Below are positions 26,281 to 39,857 of a stretch of DNA of 64,000 bases, piece after piece. The stretch is taken from the NCBI GenBank assembly GCA_051362555.1, contig CM120646.1, positions 3,100,001-3,164,000 of the forward strand, read 5' to 3'. Position numbers and translations under genes: made by a program. The notes beneath the pieces were generated by a model. It had not been told where the DNA came from and did not search any database. It saw only the letters and a list, made by a program, of their open reading frames with translations. Source of the stretch: Lingula anatina (taxonomy: Eukaryota; Animalia; Brachiopoda). Numbering within the stretch: position 1 is the stretch's first letter; the number at the start of each line of letters is the position of its first letter.

Positions 26281-27427
26281 TAGTTAATATAAATTTTCTT
26301 TTTTTTTCATTAGTTCCATATGTTTCACTATGAGTGAGACCTTTGTTTTGTTTGAATATTAAGTGTGCTTAAATTATATGATTTTCATATCTTAAAATGT
26401 TTTTATCCCTACATAAACAGGGCATGACCTTTATTAAATTTAGCAAAGTGTGTAATGCACTGAAACAGGCAAATGTTGTTTCCTTATTTGAAAATAAAGT
26501 TTTCAGCTCTAACTTGGTTAATTCTTATATGGTTTAAAACACTCCAAAAATACCAAGGCAAAGGTATCGACGGTAGGCTCGTAGAATAAATTCCAACACA
26601 CTAAAAACATTGCGTATTTGATTGTTACGGAAATATAATTATCTCGCCGCTCTCTGCCCGTTTCCGTAAAACATTTGCGGCTTTACAAGGGCAGAGACAA
26701 AGGCCTAAATATGTTATACTAAAATCAATCGTTTCATTACATATTTCCAATAAAGGGAAAGAAAAAAATGTAAGACCCAAGTTGTTGGCACTTCTGTTCA
26801 GCTCTGTGCACCTTGTCTTAAGACGTTCTTTTTCTTTTCATTTTTTCTTTTTTTTATTTATTTTTTTATTTTTTTATTTATTTATTATTTTTTTTGAGAC
26901 ATTATAGTATTACGTGCTTCACTGTCCTTCCAGGCGACAATCCCTGAGATGTGTATTAAACAGGAATATTAAAAATATCGTGCTGTCGTTTTTTAGCTGT
27001 GAGCAACACTCAATGAGACAGATATATAATGTGGCTACATGTATAGTTACTCTCACAGTAAATCTCTTACGCTAGCACCCCACCTAAGTTACTAAGTTTA
27101 TAAAGCGCGGAGATTTTGAAAGAAAGTGAACTAGCCAGTGCTACGTCGTAATTTCCTGTATAGTTAAGCATAATTTTCTGTTTCACTGTAGTAAATATGA
27201 TAGAGTAGTTCATTTAGCATAATTACGAAGGGTGGTACTAGATTATCAATTGTTTTCTTAAAGTTACGCTGTGAAATGTTAAAAAAGAAGTAGAAATTCA
27301 GCATATTCTTCTTCATCCCTACTACAAATATGCTTTACACTTGGGTGAAATGCTACTGAGCGGTCATAGTGCATTTTCGTGATGTGATTAAACTGCCTAA
27401 ATTGCCATCGTTGTGACGAGGGAAGTA

Positions 27428-27487
27428 TTTATTTGCATTCACACATCAATGCAGATATCAAGTTCCATTATTGCCCGGAAGAGAGTG
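27428..27487 (+). promoter_or_regulatory. Paralogous upstream block of gene B (ATTTGCAT, ACATCAATG, CCGGAAG)
   Basis: Aligns to 15065-15125; lies ~140 bp upstream of the putative non-coding exon. Confidence 0.35.
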
Positions 27488-27623
27488 ACACACATGGAGC
27501 CTGTGAGACTGTTCTCAGGATCTTTTTTGTTTCCACCTTTCACTTTGGGATTGGGTCGATGAGGGTTAATGCATAGGTACAAACTCTCAAACAAAAAATG
27601 GATACCATTCCTTGTTTATAGAT

Positions 27624-27750
27624 TGACATTTTCCGCCTTAGTGCTCTTATTATACGACTGGCAACTTGGAAATCCTTTCATAACAGCAGCGGACACGGCC
27701 CAGGAGGGAGAAGCGTTTGGTTGAAAAAAGGGTTGCTTTTGTATTTCAAG
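27624..27750 (+). other. Probable non-coding 5' exon of CTHRC1-like gene B
   Basis: Homologous to 15884-16011 and ends CAAG|GTAAGT. Confidence 0.65.
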
Positions 27751-28370
27751 GTAAGTAACTGTTCAATGGTACTAGTAGTGTATATGCAAGAATTATCACT
27801 TTTCAAATAATAAACGAATCAAATGAGTGGTGGTAAACATTAGTTGAAAATGCTTTTGGTGCGCAATTCGCTTCCATCAACATACAATTACTCGGTTATC
27901 AGTTGTTTTCTGAATGCTTAAATTGTAAGTATTACATTTTAGGTTTTCCGAAATATATATATATATACTCTACTGTTTTCATTTTTGCCTGGTTAAGGAG
28001 ATGAAGTAACTGAAATACTGTGATTTACGAACGTTATGTTTTTTTGTTAATAGTCCGACACCGCAAACATATTTTTTCAATCAGTGACTTTTACATATAG
28101 GTACCAGCACTAACATATTAAAATACTCGTTTACTCATTAGTTGACTTTTTTTTGTATTTTCGAATTTACAGATTTTTCATGAAAATAATCATTTGTTTT
28201 TTGCTCTATCTATTTCTTCCTTTATAAATCTATCTACATGTACACTGTATTTATCCACCCATTTATCAATCCATTTATTCATGCAAGTGCAGATAGTGAA
28301 AAAATGTTTAATTTAGTTTATATAGCCATTTATCCATTTTTGATTTCTTTATATTATTACAGAATATAAC

Positions 28371-30177
28371 ATGGACAGTGTGCTTAAGATTTCCTTGGCA
28401 CTGTTGCTTCCCTTAGTGACACACGCCAACATCGAGTATGCAACAACTCACGAGATGGAAGAGTTTGCTAAGTTCATAGGACCAGTGGATCTGGCCGGCT
28501 TTAACAATGACAGCTGCTCTGCCTCCAATATTGAAGATAACGTCATTTGTCAGGTAAGATTTTTAGCTCTGTGGGATGGCTTTTGACTGATTTGAAATAA
28601 CCAGCTTCAAAAAAACTTTTATATAAATATTGATTACTTTCACCACCTGAGGCAAGTTAAATATTCCATTACCACTAAGCTTTTTCGTCAATACAACATG
28701 TTTTCTATGGTGCAATTGTTAAGATATTGAATACCTATCCTTGGTCAACCTCTGTTGTTGGTTCTGTATTCGCTTTGTAGCAATTAGTGTAGTATATCTA
28801 ATTATCGAAATTAAATGATAGAAGCATGGTGCCCCTGTCCTGATGTCGGCAGTTCACTTACGTAAATCAGAGGATACATCAATAGTTCGTCTGGAGCTGA
28901 AAAGCTGACTGTAAACCTAGGACATATTTAACAAACTGCAATTGACAATTATTATCTACTGTTTCCAGTTTTTTACTTTGAATTGGTTATCAGGTATTTG
29001 TTAGATTGTTAGACGTGCTTCCATCAAGCGGCGAAGGTTGAGTGATTTTATGGGGTCAGATGCCTCAAAACGTGAGAACTGAATCTGGCACTGATGCGGT
29101 TTAAATTATCTCAAAACATTTTTTTCAAGAGCATATTCCAACTGATTTTACATTTTACTTTCATTTCAAAGTCAGCTTCATAGTCTTATAATGTACCCCC
29201 TGTATATCTCACCTTGTATATATCTAAAATGTATATTTTTCATCATAAATTTAAGCTTGTCTGTCATTCCGATATTTTTACGAAGATCTTGAATTGTACA
29301 GTAACGTCGTAAGTTCCTTCCGAAATGCAGTAATTTAGTACTAAATTATAAAACTAAAATGGAAAAAGACATCAAATCCAAGTACAGGTAGGGAGTGGTA
29401 GAGCAAAGATTCGTGAGTTATGGAAATTGTTTCTTTCCGAGAGAAATTTATTTTGACGGTTATATCCCGTACAAAAACAATCTAATCAACAGTTTTTATA
29501 GTGACGTCACAGTTCTGTGGTCATTGATCGAACAAGCCGAGCTGGCCATTTAGTCATTTTTTTTTTTTTTTTTTTTGTAAATTGAGTCAGCTTCTTGTAT
29601 CACTGATGTAACCTCAACTATTCTATATTCTATTTAACCAATGCAGAAAACCAATGAAGAAAATTTGGAAGGGGAAGTTCACACTTTGTATCAAAGTCCA
29701 TTGTCCATATTTCAAATAGGCGCGTATTTTAAAGCTTTCTACTGTCGAATTTTACTACCTTTGTACAATAGTCTCATTCATCGACATTCGCTCTATGTGT
29801 CCTTCTGTTGGACAAAAAATACGAGACCATAAATTGACCATAAATTGTCTCTTTGTCTGTTTGGTTGACTGATTTTAAGCAGTTTTGGTCAATGCATCTT
29901 ATTACTTACAAATATACAATAGGTTTTATTACTTAATTCCTTATCTTACCAGGTGAATTCGACAAGCTTTGGTAACTGCCAGCGTCAGTGTCTCCGCAAT
30001 GCCTACAGATGTCAAACTGCACAGTACTCGGCCAACAGCAACAAGTGCACTGTCTACTTGGACAATACAACGCGTAGGTAGACGCTTGCTTGTAGAAGTG
30101 GTAAATCTTGAAAATTAACATTCACCTGTAAATATTCCTTACTATTGCATGATATATATTATTAAGAGGGTAGTTCA

Positions 30178-30221
<44 letters not shown>

Positions 30222-31662
30222 CTTAGGAGGCTGTGATAACTTGGGGGTCACCAATTTCAGGCAGTATTCCAGGAGCGGCTGGTCAGACTCTAGATCTAGC
30301 GGGGAAACCTGGGTGAGTTACAGAAGGTGGTTCTTATATGTTCTAACCGAAGTATTTCGATTTAAAATGTGAATGTTTGCTTCATGAATCATGCGATTCA
30401 TATTTTTGATTATAAATGAGTAAAATGATAAAATGTATGTAATGGTTATCAATCACAAAACTTTATCTTTTATTGGTATGAAAAGCGGGACCCTTTGACT
30501 TTAGGCACTAGCTCCCGTTTAAGATCCTTGCTCAAAAGCACGTAGAAGCTTCAACGGTATCCTTCTTTCAGGGGGTCACATACACCAAGCTATACGACTT
30601 TACCGGACTCCGTGTGCGATTTGCCGGGAATTTGAGGGTTAGTGCGAACGTTAACAATTACGCAGCACGATTTTACTTTAAGTTCAACGGGCAAGAATGC
30701 TCAAATCCTGCCACCATTGAATACGTCGGCAAAAACACAGGCAACCAGAGAAACCAAAGGAAACATGATGAATGTAAGTACACTTGTCCTATTATCGCTG
30801 TTATAGTTATAATGTTATTTTGACACAGGCTGAGAGCAACGTCGCTGAAGCGCTGCTGGGATTTGTTTGAAGCAAAGTCAAAATATCCCAGATGTGTGGA
30901 GAATGACTATATACGAAAGTCAAGCCACACCCTTAGTTTAAGGTATATATTACAATATAAAATTAAGATAATCTCAGCTAGAATCAGTGTGAAAAAGTTT
31001 TCTTAAGGATCTTTGAGCCTGGTCACTTTGTTTCAGTTAAGTAAAATATATAAATGAATGAATAAATATATAGATGAATTAGATAAAATTTTCACCATCG
31101 GAAAACAACCCGACCTTTTTACTGTTTGCCGACAATTTTTTCACATTCTAGTTGAAGGTATCTGCGAGGGTTTGGCGGCCGGAAGTATAAACATTGCCAT
31201 GTTTACGGGCAGTGTACCGGGTCATAGTGTTAGCGGTGCAAAAATAGGCTGGGACACAGCCAATAGGATTTTAGTGGAGGAAGTGGACACCAGACCCGTC
31301 CAAGGTATATCAGTCTTTTTAATTCTTTCTCGCTGGAAGTTCATCCAATACACTTCATCCGGCCTGCACTTGGTGATGTTTTATATTAGTACTTCTTACC
31401 AAACTTACTGGTATGCGTTTGCCATTCTAAGCAAAGAACAGTTAGTTTTCTCATAACGATGAGCTTTATATAGTACAATTTTTACTTGATATAGTTTAGA
31501 CATTTGTTTCACTTCTGAAAAAGAGGTTTGTCTTATCCTCTCAGCTCCCTGCGCTTTTCTAAGTCTGTTCAACGTCAAACAATACGTGTTCCCGAGTTTC
31601 ACGAATGGGCTGGATAATGGCGTAATACCTGGGTTGGTAAGTGCCTCTCTCTCTCTCTCTCC

Positions 31663-31695
<33 letters not shown>

Positions 31696-34600
31696 TCATA
31701 CATACCACTACAAAGAAATGCTCAAAAACATGCAGACTCGACAAAAAACAAGTGTCTTCTTAGTAAATGTTTTTGTCACAAACGAATATTTTTATACATG
31801 TACTCACAAACACTTTTTGAGTCAATCTGACATTGCCTTCTATGTGCACTGTTGTCATTGACCGAGGATTACCAATGAATATTACAAAACTGATGAATCT
31901 ATTTCAACAGATATAAAGAGCTATTTTAATTTTTAAGGATGTCTCCTACGAAAAAGTCGCCGCAGACAGCGCACTTCGAGTAAAGTGGTTTGGGGTACTA
32001 AGAGGCTATCAGGGAAATTACTGCCGCCGGTGGTTCTTTACTTTCAACGGAGTGGAGTGCACCTCTCCCTTTCCACTCGATGGTGCAGTAGGGTTTATGC
32101 ACGGTCACGACGCGTCCTATCAGTACATGACACGATCAAGTGAGTTTAAATGCGCACGCACTCTATGGCTGAATAGAATAGAAGTTATTGTTCTAGCAGG
32201 ATCGATCTATCTTAGCGGTTATTCTCGCTTCGGCGCAGTCAATGTCATCAGCTAAATTGTCTGGCACTTCCCCCTCGCAAAGCAACATGAACATCATCAT
32301 GGATCACAAAGTATTCCCGGCTTAACTCAAATACGAGGCGCGTTAGGCGTGTTACGAGGGGCGTGCCAGACAATTAAGGTGTTTACATTGACTGAGCCTT
32401 AGCGAGAATCACTGCTAATATAGATCGATCCTGCTAGTAAGATACATCCTACTCTCAACACAGTCTAACACACGTAAATCTGCATATGAACTGATAAACA
32501 ATTAATTTATATTGTCAGCATTAACAAAAATATAATTAAATTCCAACTTTCACCATTTTCATTTGTATTGAATCGTTTCCGTTAAAGCTCTTCATGTGTT
32601 TCAAAAGAATGTTGGATCCAAATATATGAATACTCTTTAGTTTTCTTTATAAATATAAAAGCTCATTAACTAAATGTCTCATAAATGTACAGTGCCTTTA
32701 ACGACAATTTAGGTTCTTTTAACACATAATGATAAAATGGCCTTTTTCAATGAGCGTTATGATTGATTAACGTAGAGTGAAATGTGACCTTGAAATACTA
32801 GTATGAATTCACTCTGAAGGAATTGTTAAGTTTAGAACTAAACAGAGATAATTTATCTCATTTTAATTTAATTTATCTAGAGGGCGTAAACAGTAAAATA
32901 CACGTACACCATTCTCAAACTTGAAATCAGAAAAGTTTTTAATTTGATATTGATTAATTATTGTTTTGTACCAGGGTGGAACAGTTCCACAAATAATTGA
33001 CTTTACTATATATTTATATAAATGTTTTCTTTTAAACTTGCGTATTTTAGTTGAAGGTATTTGCGAGGGTTTGGGGAAAGGACATTACACGATTCAGTTT
33101 AATGTTGGAGCTTGTCCCACCGGCTCCTTCTCGAACTACAACGCATACACTGGGTTTTCTAACTCTGTCTCCCGCATTATCGTGGAAGAGGTCCGTTTAG
33201 GACGACGGGAAAATCAGGGTTTGTACACGTGTCACATTTGTTGCTGTTAATATAATAACAATGTAAATTGAAAGGTGATAAGTATTTTATAATAAACAAC
33301 GTAATGTTATAGCAAAACTTAAGCTTTGATAAACACTTGCGCACTGCATCATACCTGTTGGTGCTTTACGTTGGGTTCGAGGTTTGGTAGCCTTCAAATG
33401 TCAATCTATTTGTTTGGTATTATTTTCACACTAAAGTAATCATGAAATTCGTTGAGGTGGGTATTTTCAATTCGTAAATGTTTCCATATATTACAGTGAT
33501 ACTGAACGAAGGGTATAAGCTGACCAACCCTGTGTTCAACGTACATCACTGGAACTGGTATGCCGTGGACAATACCAATAATAACGCAGAGATTAAGGTG
33601 CGTTTGCCTTAAAGGTTCTTTTCTGAATCTTTCCTAATGTATTTGCATTTTCCATCGTGGACAACATTCTGGGATTTGATAATGCAGTTAATTTGAAGGG
33701 ATAAAATCAAGTCTTGTAAAACTTGTTTCTTTTTTAATATTAAACTACATGGAGTAAATAACTGAAATCTTGTAAAATTTGTTTTTTTTTTTTCAGAGAT
33801 TCTACTACATCAAGATGAGTAGCAGTTCCGTCCTTCGTGTAACCTTCAACGGTGTGATTAGACCTGCAACGTTAGTTGGTGTATTCTTTCCTCTTTTAGG
33901 AAGGAAATAAGGACCCACAATTTTGCCTTTTTTGATAAATTACAATTGATAATGTAAATCCCGGTTCCTCGTAAGCTTAGGCACATAATCGAACACATTT
34001 AAACCTTCTTTCGAATTGGCTACAGCAAAAATGTCGATACGTTAAGTCAGATGATTAAAGTCTTTTCTCCATTTTTTTCGGGGGGGGGGGGTGCATATCC
34101 TTGTGCATATACTTTTTTAAGTCATTATTTCTTGAATTAAGAACATTCATATTGGGTGGTTGCAACAAAATTAAAAAGCATGCTACTCTTAAGTTCTATT
34201 GTATGCAGTTAATGCACCACAAATTGTGCTTAGAAAATTATGTACCTGAAAGTTTGAAAATATTGAGTAAGTACCGTTATTCATGTTTTTCTACAGGTCT
34301 CGCGGGTACTGTGCACGGTGGTTCTTCAAGTTTAACAATAACTTGTGCTCCGACCCTCAGACAATCGAAGGAGAGTGGCACGAAAACAGTAATCAGTATG
34401 CTGAAGTGGACAAAAGAATCCCGACATCAGGTAGATATTGTAGAGAAGGTCGTTAACGAAGATTTGTGACGCACCCGTACACACACAACGACACATGAAG
34501 TTTTTGGAAAACGTACGTCCGAACTGTATTCTGTTGATTAATTTATCTATTTATTCGCCTGTTTTAGTTTAGTATGCTGTTTTGGTAAGTTTGACTAAAT

Positions 34601-34841
34601 TTCTGTGCAACGCATATTCACTTAAAATCCAAAATATAGAACTATTTGTGCTGCATTTCTATTACACCACATCTATTCATATCTTTCAGTAAGCGGAATG
34701 TGCAAGGGCCTGAGCGCGGGAAACGTGTTGGTCTCCTTCAACATCGGCACATGTAACGCTGGCACCGGGCGACACAGCACCTATACCGGCTGGATGACCA
34801 GGATGACCATCATGGTGGAAGAAGTTCACGCGGAAGCTTAA
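28371..34841 (+). CDS. Gene B: paralog of gene A (signal peptide + PAN-like + 3x CTHRC1-type domain, 555 aa)
   Basis: Exons 28371-28553, 29953-30073, 30227-30312, 30572-30773, 31152-31304, 31545-31636, 31938-32139, 33051-33218, 33497-33597, 33797-33870, 34297-34430, 34690-34841. Same sizes and phases as gene A except +3 nt in the third coding exon. Frame is open; ~87% aa identity to gene A by hand count. Confidence 0.9.
30179..30219. repeat. (TAT)n microsatellite next to a splice acceptor
   Basis: Visible; a shorter version sits at the paralogous site ~20304-20321. Confidence 0.85.
32194..32436. mobile_element. MITE with TAG...CTA termini in gene B intron
   Basis: ~85-bp imperfect TIRs (TAGCAGGATCGATCTAT... 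/ ...ATAGATCGATCCTGCTA). Absent from the equivalent gene A intron. No clear TSD. Confidence 0.7.
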
Positions 34842-35217
34842 ACATCTTAGGATTTGTTGAACACTTAATGACCAGCGTATTATTTCTTTATTCCTGTACC
34901 CCTGACACACGTTTTGTGACATAAAATAAGCTATCATTTTTCTGAGCGATTGACTCCTTCCCACTGTTTGTAGTGTGCACTGGCGTTAATAGTAAATGTG
35001 GCAAAGACATGGGATGATAATGCATAAAACTACATACATACATGTAGGTTATATGTTCGTGTGTGGTGAAATTCGAGATCTTGTGCGTAGACGCACAAAA
35101 TGTCAAAGTAAAAATCAATTTAAAGGTTTATTTGAATAAGACTTGTAATTCATAGATGCAGTTTCTGTTTTCAAGTCCAACATTTTAGTCACATTCATTG
35201 CTGCTGCCGTTCATCAA

Positions 35218-38200
35218 TCATGACTTCAAATATCTCCACTTCTTGTTGAATATGAGCAAAAACGTTGCCAAAACGAACACGCCAAAACATGACGCAATGG
35301 ACAGGAACACTGCGTGGTAGCTTCCTGTGGCGTCACGGATATGTCCTGTAGAAAAAAAAAGGAGTAAGAAATAATAATGATACCAGAATATAATGTCGGG
35401 ATATCATCAAATTTGATTTAGTCAGAACAGAACTGATAATAGTTACGATACTACTGGTGCAGTGGTCATATATATTTATTTAGAGTTCCTATCATAGGAA
35501 AAGAATTTGAACAGAAAGTAGTGGTCATCATAGGACGGCGGAAACAAATATCTGTTTCCAATAAATTTCAGTGCAATGCCAAGAACATTTTTTACTTCAT
35601 GTTATAATGGTCAATATATTAAGCGTTTTCTTGATGTATTTAGTGTATTTTATGGGGTCTAACACAGCAGCTATTATTTACCATATTGCAGTACAATAAA
35701 TCAATTATTACCACATTGGTAAAATTAAGTAAGTTAGGTATAAATTATTTAATTATTTTTATTGCGGTGAAAAATAACAAAATGAATATGTATAGAAAAT
35801 GCACCGTGCAGGAACAGTAAGAACTAAAATTACCTGCCAAGTAGGGTCCCACGGTAGCTCCGACTCCTTTGCTCAAACGCATTGTCAAGAATAACGTATA
35901 GATATTCTCTCCGTCCATGATTTCATTGTTGACAGCATAATACCCGGCAAGGTATGGGCCAAGAAAAAACCCCGAGACTACAACATTGGTTAATACTTTG
36001 ATAAGAATAACTGCCATATCAAAAATTGAATTTTAACTGAGTCTCGTATTATCTTAACAAGGGAAGCCATGCAATGTGCACTACCGACTGGTTTCTGACT
36101 GGCATATTGAAATACATACTTATGTCAACAATGTTTTGCTTGTTTGTGTCTAATAAGAAGATATAAAGAATACTTTTTTTAAATCGCATCTTTAAAATAC
36201 ATATATCGATGCGATTCTAATACTAAATCTAATTATGGAGGCCAAACATCAAATGTAAAAACGTACCCACCAGCACAATATACATATACAGCAGTCAAAG
36301 ATGTCGAATATGCTGCTATAATATTATTCACAGTGAGCACCGTAGCCGCCACAAGGTTCACCACCATAATATATCCCTTCACATAATCCCCAACCAATGA
36401 GGCAAACGCCTGTCCAATCGCACCTACGGTCCCAAATACTGATATAACTTTCACTGCGTCGGCTTCCTTATAACCAAGGTCTATCAAATGTTTTGGCTGA
36501 AGAAAATAAACCATTACGAAAGAAGTGATATGTATAACAAAAAATGCAACTGAAATAAAGTTAAAACACTGTTTGGTGTCATCTAATTTTGACTTTACAA
36601 GAAAAAAATATCTTACTATTCGAGAAGTATAAAACTTTTACTTAATATACTTTACTCGACAATAATAACTTTCATATTAACAATATGTTATTGTGAGTGT
36701 TTGAACTTTTGCATCTTCCTTTGACATCCAGCTTTCTTTAATTGTCAAACAATTGAAAAATTGCGCAAAATACATATAACATATTAATCTGCTGTTATCT
36801 GCTTGGTGGGAAGTACGAACTACATGTATTTTTATCTTCTGCTCTCGACTGATCACTATTTAACTTTTTGTTAGTCACCAATCTCCCAAAATTTAATGTT
36901 CTTTATTTCACGTACGTTACAGTTCATGCGACAAAACCAGTTAAAACATGGCACAGCAGTTTCGAAAACCGTTGGAAAAATAACTGAGTTTTAAATTAGA
37001 GCGTTTTCGATTCATACCTTTCATATTTTGAGACACTTCCCTGGTTAGAATAAATTGGTGCATCGTTGTTGTGTTGCTGTTTGATTTTAATTCATTACAC
37101 GTCTTTGCATGCTATAGTAATGATATAACATGATCGGTGCATATGCAAATTAGAATATGCGACCAAAACTACTTTAAGATGCTTCACATACAATAGTAAT
37201 TTTGTATACTTACTAATATAACCATTGGTATGAAATAAGCAATTCCTTTACAGCACATTGCTATTGACCAAATTCCATGAGTAACGACTTTAGAACGCAC
37301 AGACCATGGAGGTTTCTGAATATTCGGTGACCTGAAAGACCGTTATTTGTATTTAAAATGCAACAACAGATATCATTTTCGTATCCTTATATACCACACA
37401 TGATCTCTTCATGGTCAACAAGTTCATATTCTCAAAATATGGAAACTGTATTGGAATATTTTTATTTTTAACCAAGGCCCCTTTTACACCCACCTGTGAC
37501 CTTTGTGCCCCCTTTCTGCTAATTTAAATGTGCAACCAGGACGATCAATGGAGGTGACGAAAATCGCACAATGTTTTTGTAACTTTTAAAGTGCTGTTTA
37601 TGAGACCTTGAAGAGACATTAAAGTAAATAATGTTGCACTTGCATTTCCTGGAATATGGAAGCAAAGGCTGTGGCCGCATTCAAAACAGTGGACTAACTA
37701 GTCCGAGGGTCAAATATGGCGACCCACCAAAAAGCTGGCCGTCTATTCCGCTAATAGACACTGAATAGATCCCCCTTGGGGAAGTATTCAAGTGGGTCGG
37801 TCACATTTGACCCGCAGACTAGTTAGTCCACTGTTCTGAATGCAGCATATGACTTGATTACTAACATCAAGATAAACCTACTTTTCATTTGGCATAGCTT
37901 CTTGCTGTTCGGACGACACTATTGGGGGATTACCGAATACCGCAAGAAGAAGTGAACCCATAGAGCTAAAAACGGCAGCAAAAAGTCGAAATGCCCAGCG
38001 CCATCCCAGTGAGGGGTCGGCGCACATGTTAGCAACGACAGCATTTACTACTGTTATACCTTAAATTACAATTAAGAACAAGTGCAACATAAAATCATCA
38101 AAGGTAAATCTGAAAATAAAATGATTTCAATGACGAGTTAAAGGACTATTTGAATACACGTTTAGGATTAAAATGCACAGATAGGGAGATGCTTAAGCTG

Positions 38201-39311
38201 CAGCATTTTCTTTTGTGGTTATGTCACCATACTTACCAAGGGGATCCATTGCAGACAACACACTGGTTGAGAAAACATGAAACCGGTGAGACCATGGAAA
38301 CCAGAGTGCTATCACTATGTACGTGCAAACTGTTAAAACCCCAATGCCACTTCCCGAAAGAATACCAAAAGATGCAGCCACAAATTGTGGACTGTCGGCA
38401 AAAGACGTCAGAAACAGTCCCAGCACCATAAGGAATACTCCAAGAGCTGTAAATTGCCGAAGGCTCAACTGTCCATATTTAAACAGTGCCATGTAGATAA
38501 GGTTACTGAGGGATAATTTAAACGCTAGGAACACTGATAGCGGGGCCCCTGTAAAATAATAAAAAATAATGTGTACAACAGTACGACATAATACATACGC
38601 TAAACAGCAGCTCAGATTTACATGTATATTAGCATTAAATTATTTCGTTACCTTACGTTAGTCTCGGCAGCTATGATGGGGCCCTCCTCCATACCTGGTA
38701 CCTGTCTTATCTAAGATAATCGACGGATTTTTACGGTCTTGCTCTAATAACGTTAACTCCTATTATGAAACCATTGAGGTTAAAAAATATATGTAAGCAA
38801 CTTCAATGTGGGTAGCGAGTATATTCGATAACAAAGGACAGAGCGATGCTTGATGGAAATTGGAGCTGCCATTTACGAAGATTGCATTTTTCTTTTTGTG
38901 TAGTTAGCGTTATGAATTGTGCACAAATTACATACGGTGACGTAACCTTCATATAATTTGGAAAGGGTCTATGGAGACTCCTCAGTAATTTGCTACTTAT
39001 AACCAGCCACTTAGATTTAGTAGGAATCATTATAACTAGCAGATACGCCCAACGACATTGATAATATACATTAATTAGATCAGAGAGAGAGAGAGACTTT
39101 AACAAAGATACTAAAGGTGTATATTGTAATTTGATGAACGCAAAGATGAACCCTTACCTAGCAATGCGAGAGTCGACTGTGGAAAATCTTCATCCTGCTG
39201 AAAACACAAAATTGTTGTCCCCCACGCACCTTCTATTCCCTTTTGAGTCATAAATAGAATAACAGCAATCCCCAGCACAACCCAGCCTCTGTAGATACCA
39301 GGGGATATCAT
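35218..39311 (-). CDS. MCT-like 1: divergent SLC16/monocarboxylate-transporter-like MFS protein (419 aa)
   Basis: Exons 39311-39158, 38548-38237, 38059-37882, 37331-37214, 36496-36271, 35977-35834, 35345-35218. GT-AG, 1260 nt open. About 12 hydrophobic segments. SLC16-like motifs: RGWVV, SFGILSGSG, LGWRWAFR, YFIPMVILP, GPYLAGHIRDATGSY. Confidence 0.85.
37673..37847. mobile_element. MITE in MCT-like 1 intron 3 (decayed copy ~44037-44175 in MCT-like 2)
   Basis: ~55-bp TIRs GCATTCAAAACAGTGGACTAACTAGTC... / ...GACTAGTTAGTCCACTGTTCTGAATGC. Absent from the same intron of MCT-like 3. Confidence 0.75.
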
Positions 39312-39737
39312 TACCGGGTGCTGAGGTGTCTGCTATGATGTTGTATTTCCGAAGTAAGTACACAGATACAGCCAGTTATGTATTGGTGAATGTAAATAAA
39401 ATCATTTGTCCATGAACTGAGCATCAACCCACGAAGACAGCCTGCACCTTAAAGTATTGACCGCCGCATTTTTTCCTACATGTAGACATGGGAGTCTGAT
39501 CGGTTGAATATCAAAGGTTTTCTTTCAGTCTTTCAGCTACAAAATACTTAGTGAACTTATAATATGAAAACTATCGCCTAATCTAAATAAATGCCTCTGG
39601 CAAGAGGAGGGCTCAAAACCAGTTTTAGTGTGAAGTATAACCCCTCAAAACCAGTTTTAAGGTGAGGTAGAACTACAGTGTATTGCGACAAAAGGTTATC
39701 CTACACTGCTTTGATGGATCCACTCATGTACTCCTCT

Positions 39738-39785
<48 letters not shown>

Positions 39786-39857
39786 CAAGTGGGTCATAAA
39801 GTACGTAGAATAACTTGACAAATAGAACACATCAAGTGTGACTGAAATGTGACATGC

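Noticed and set aside
35081-35098. Palindrome TTGTGCGT-AG-ACGCACAA downstream of the transporter stop, with an apparent compensatory change in copy 3 (~48548)
   Set aside because: The CG>TG and CG>CA changes are what CpG decay produces, the loop is only 2 nt, and copy 5 lacks the stem.
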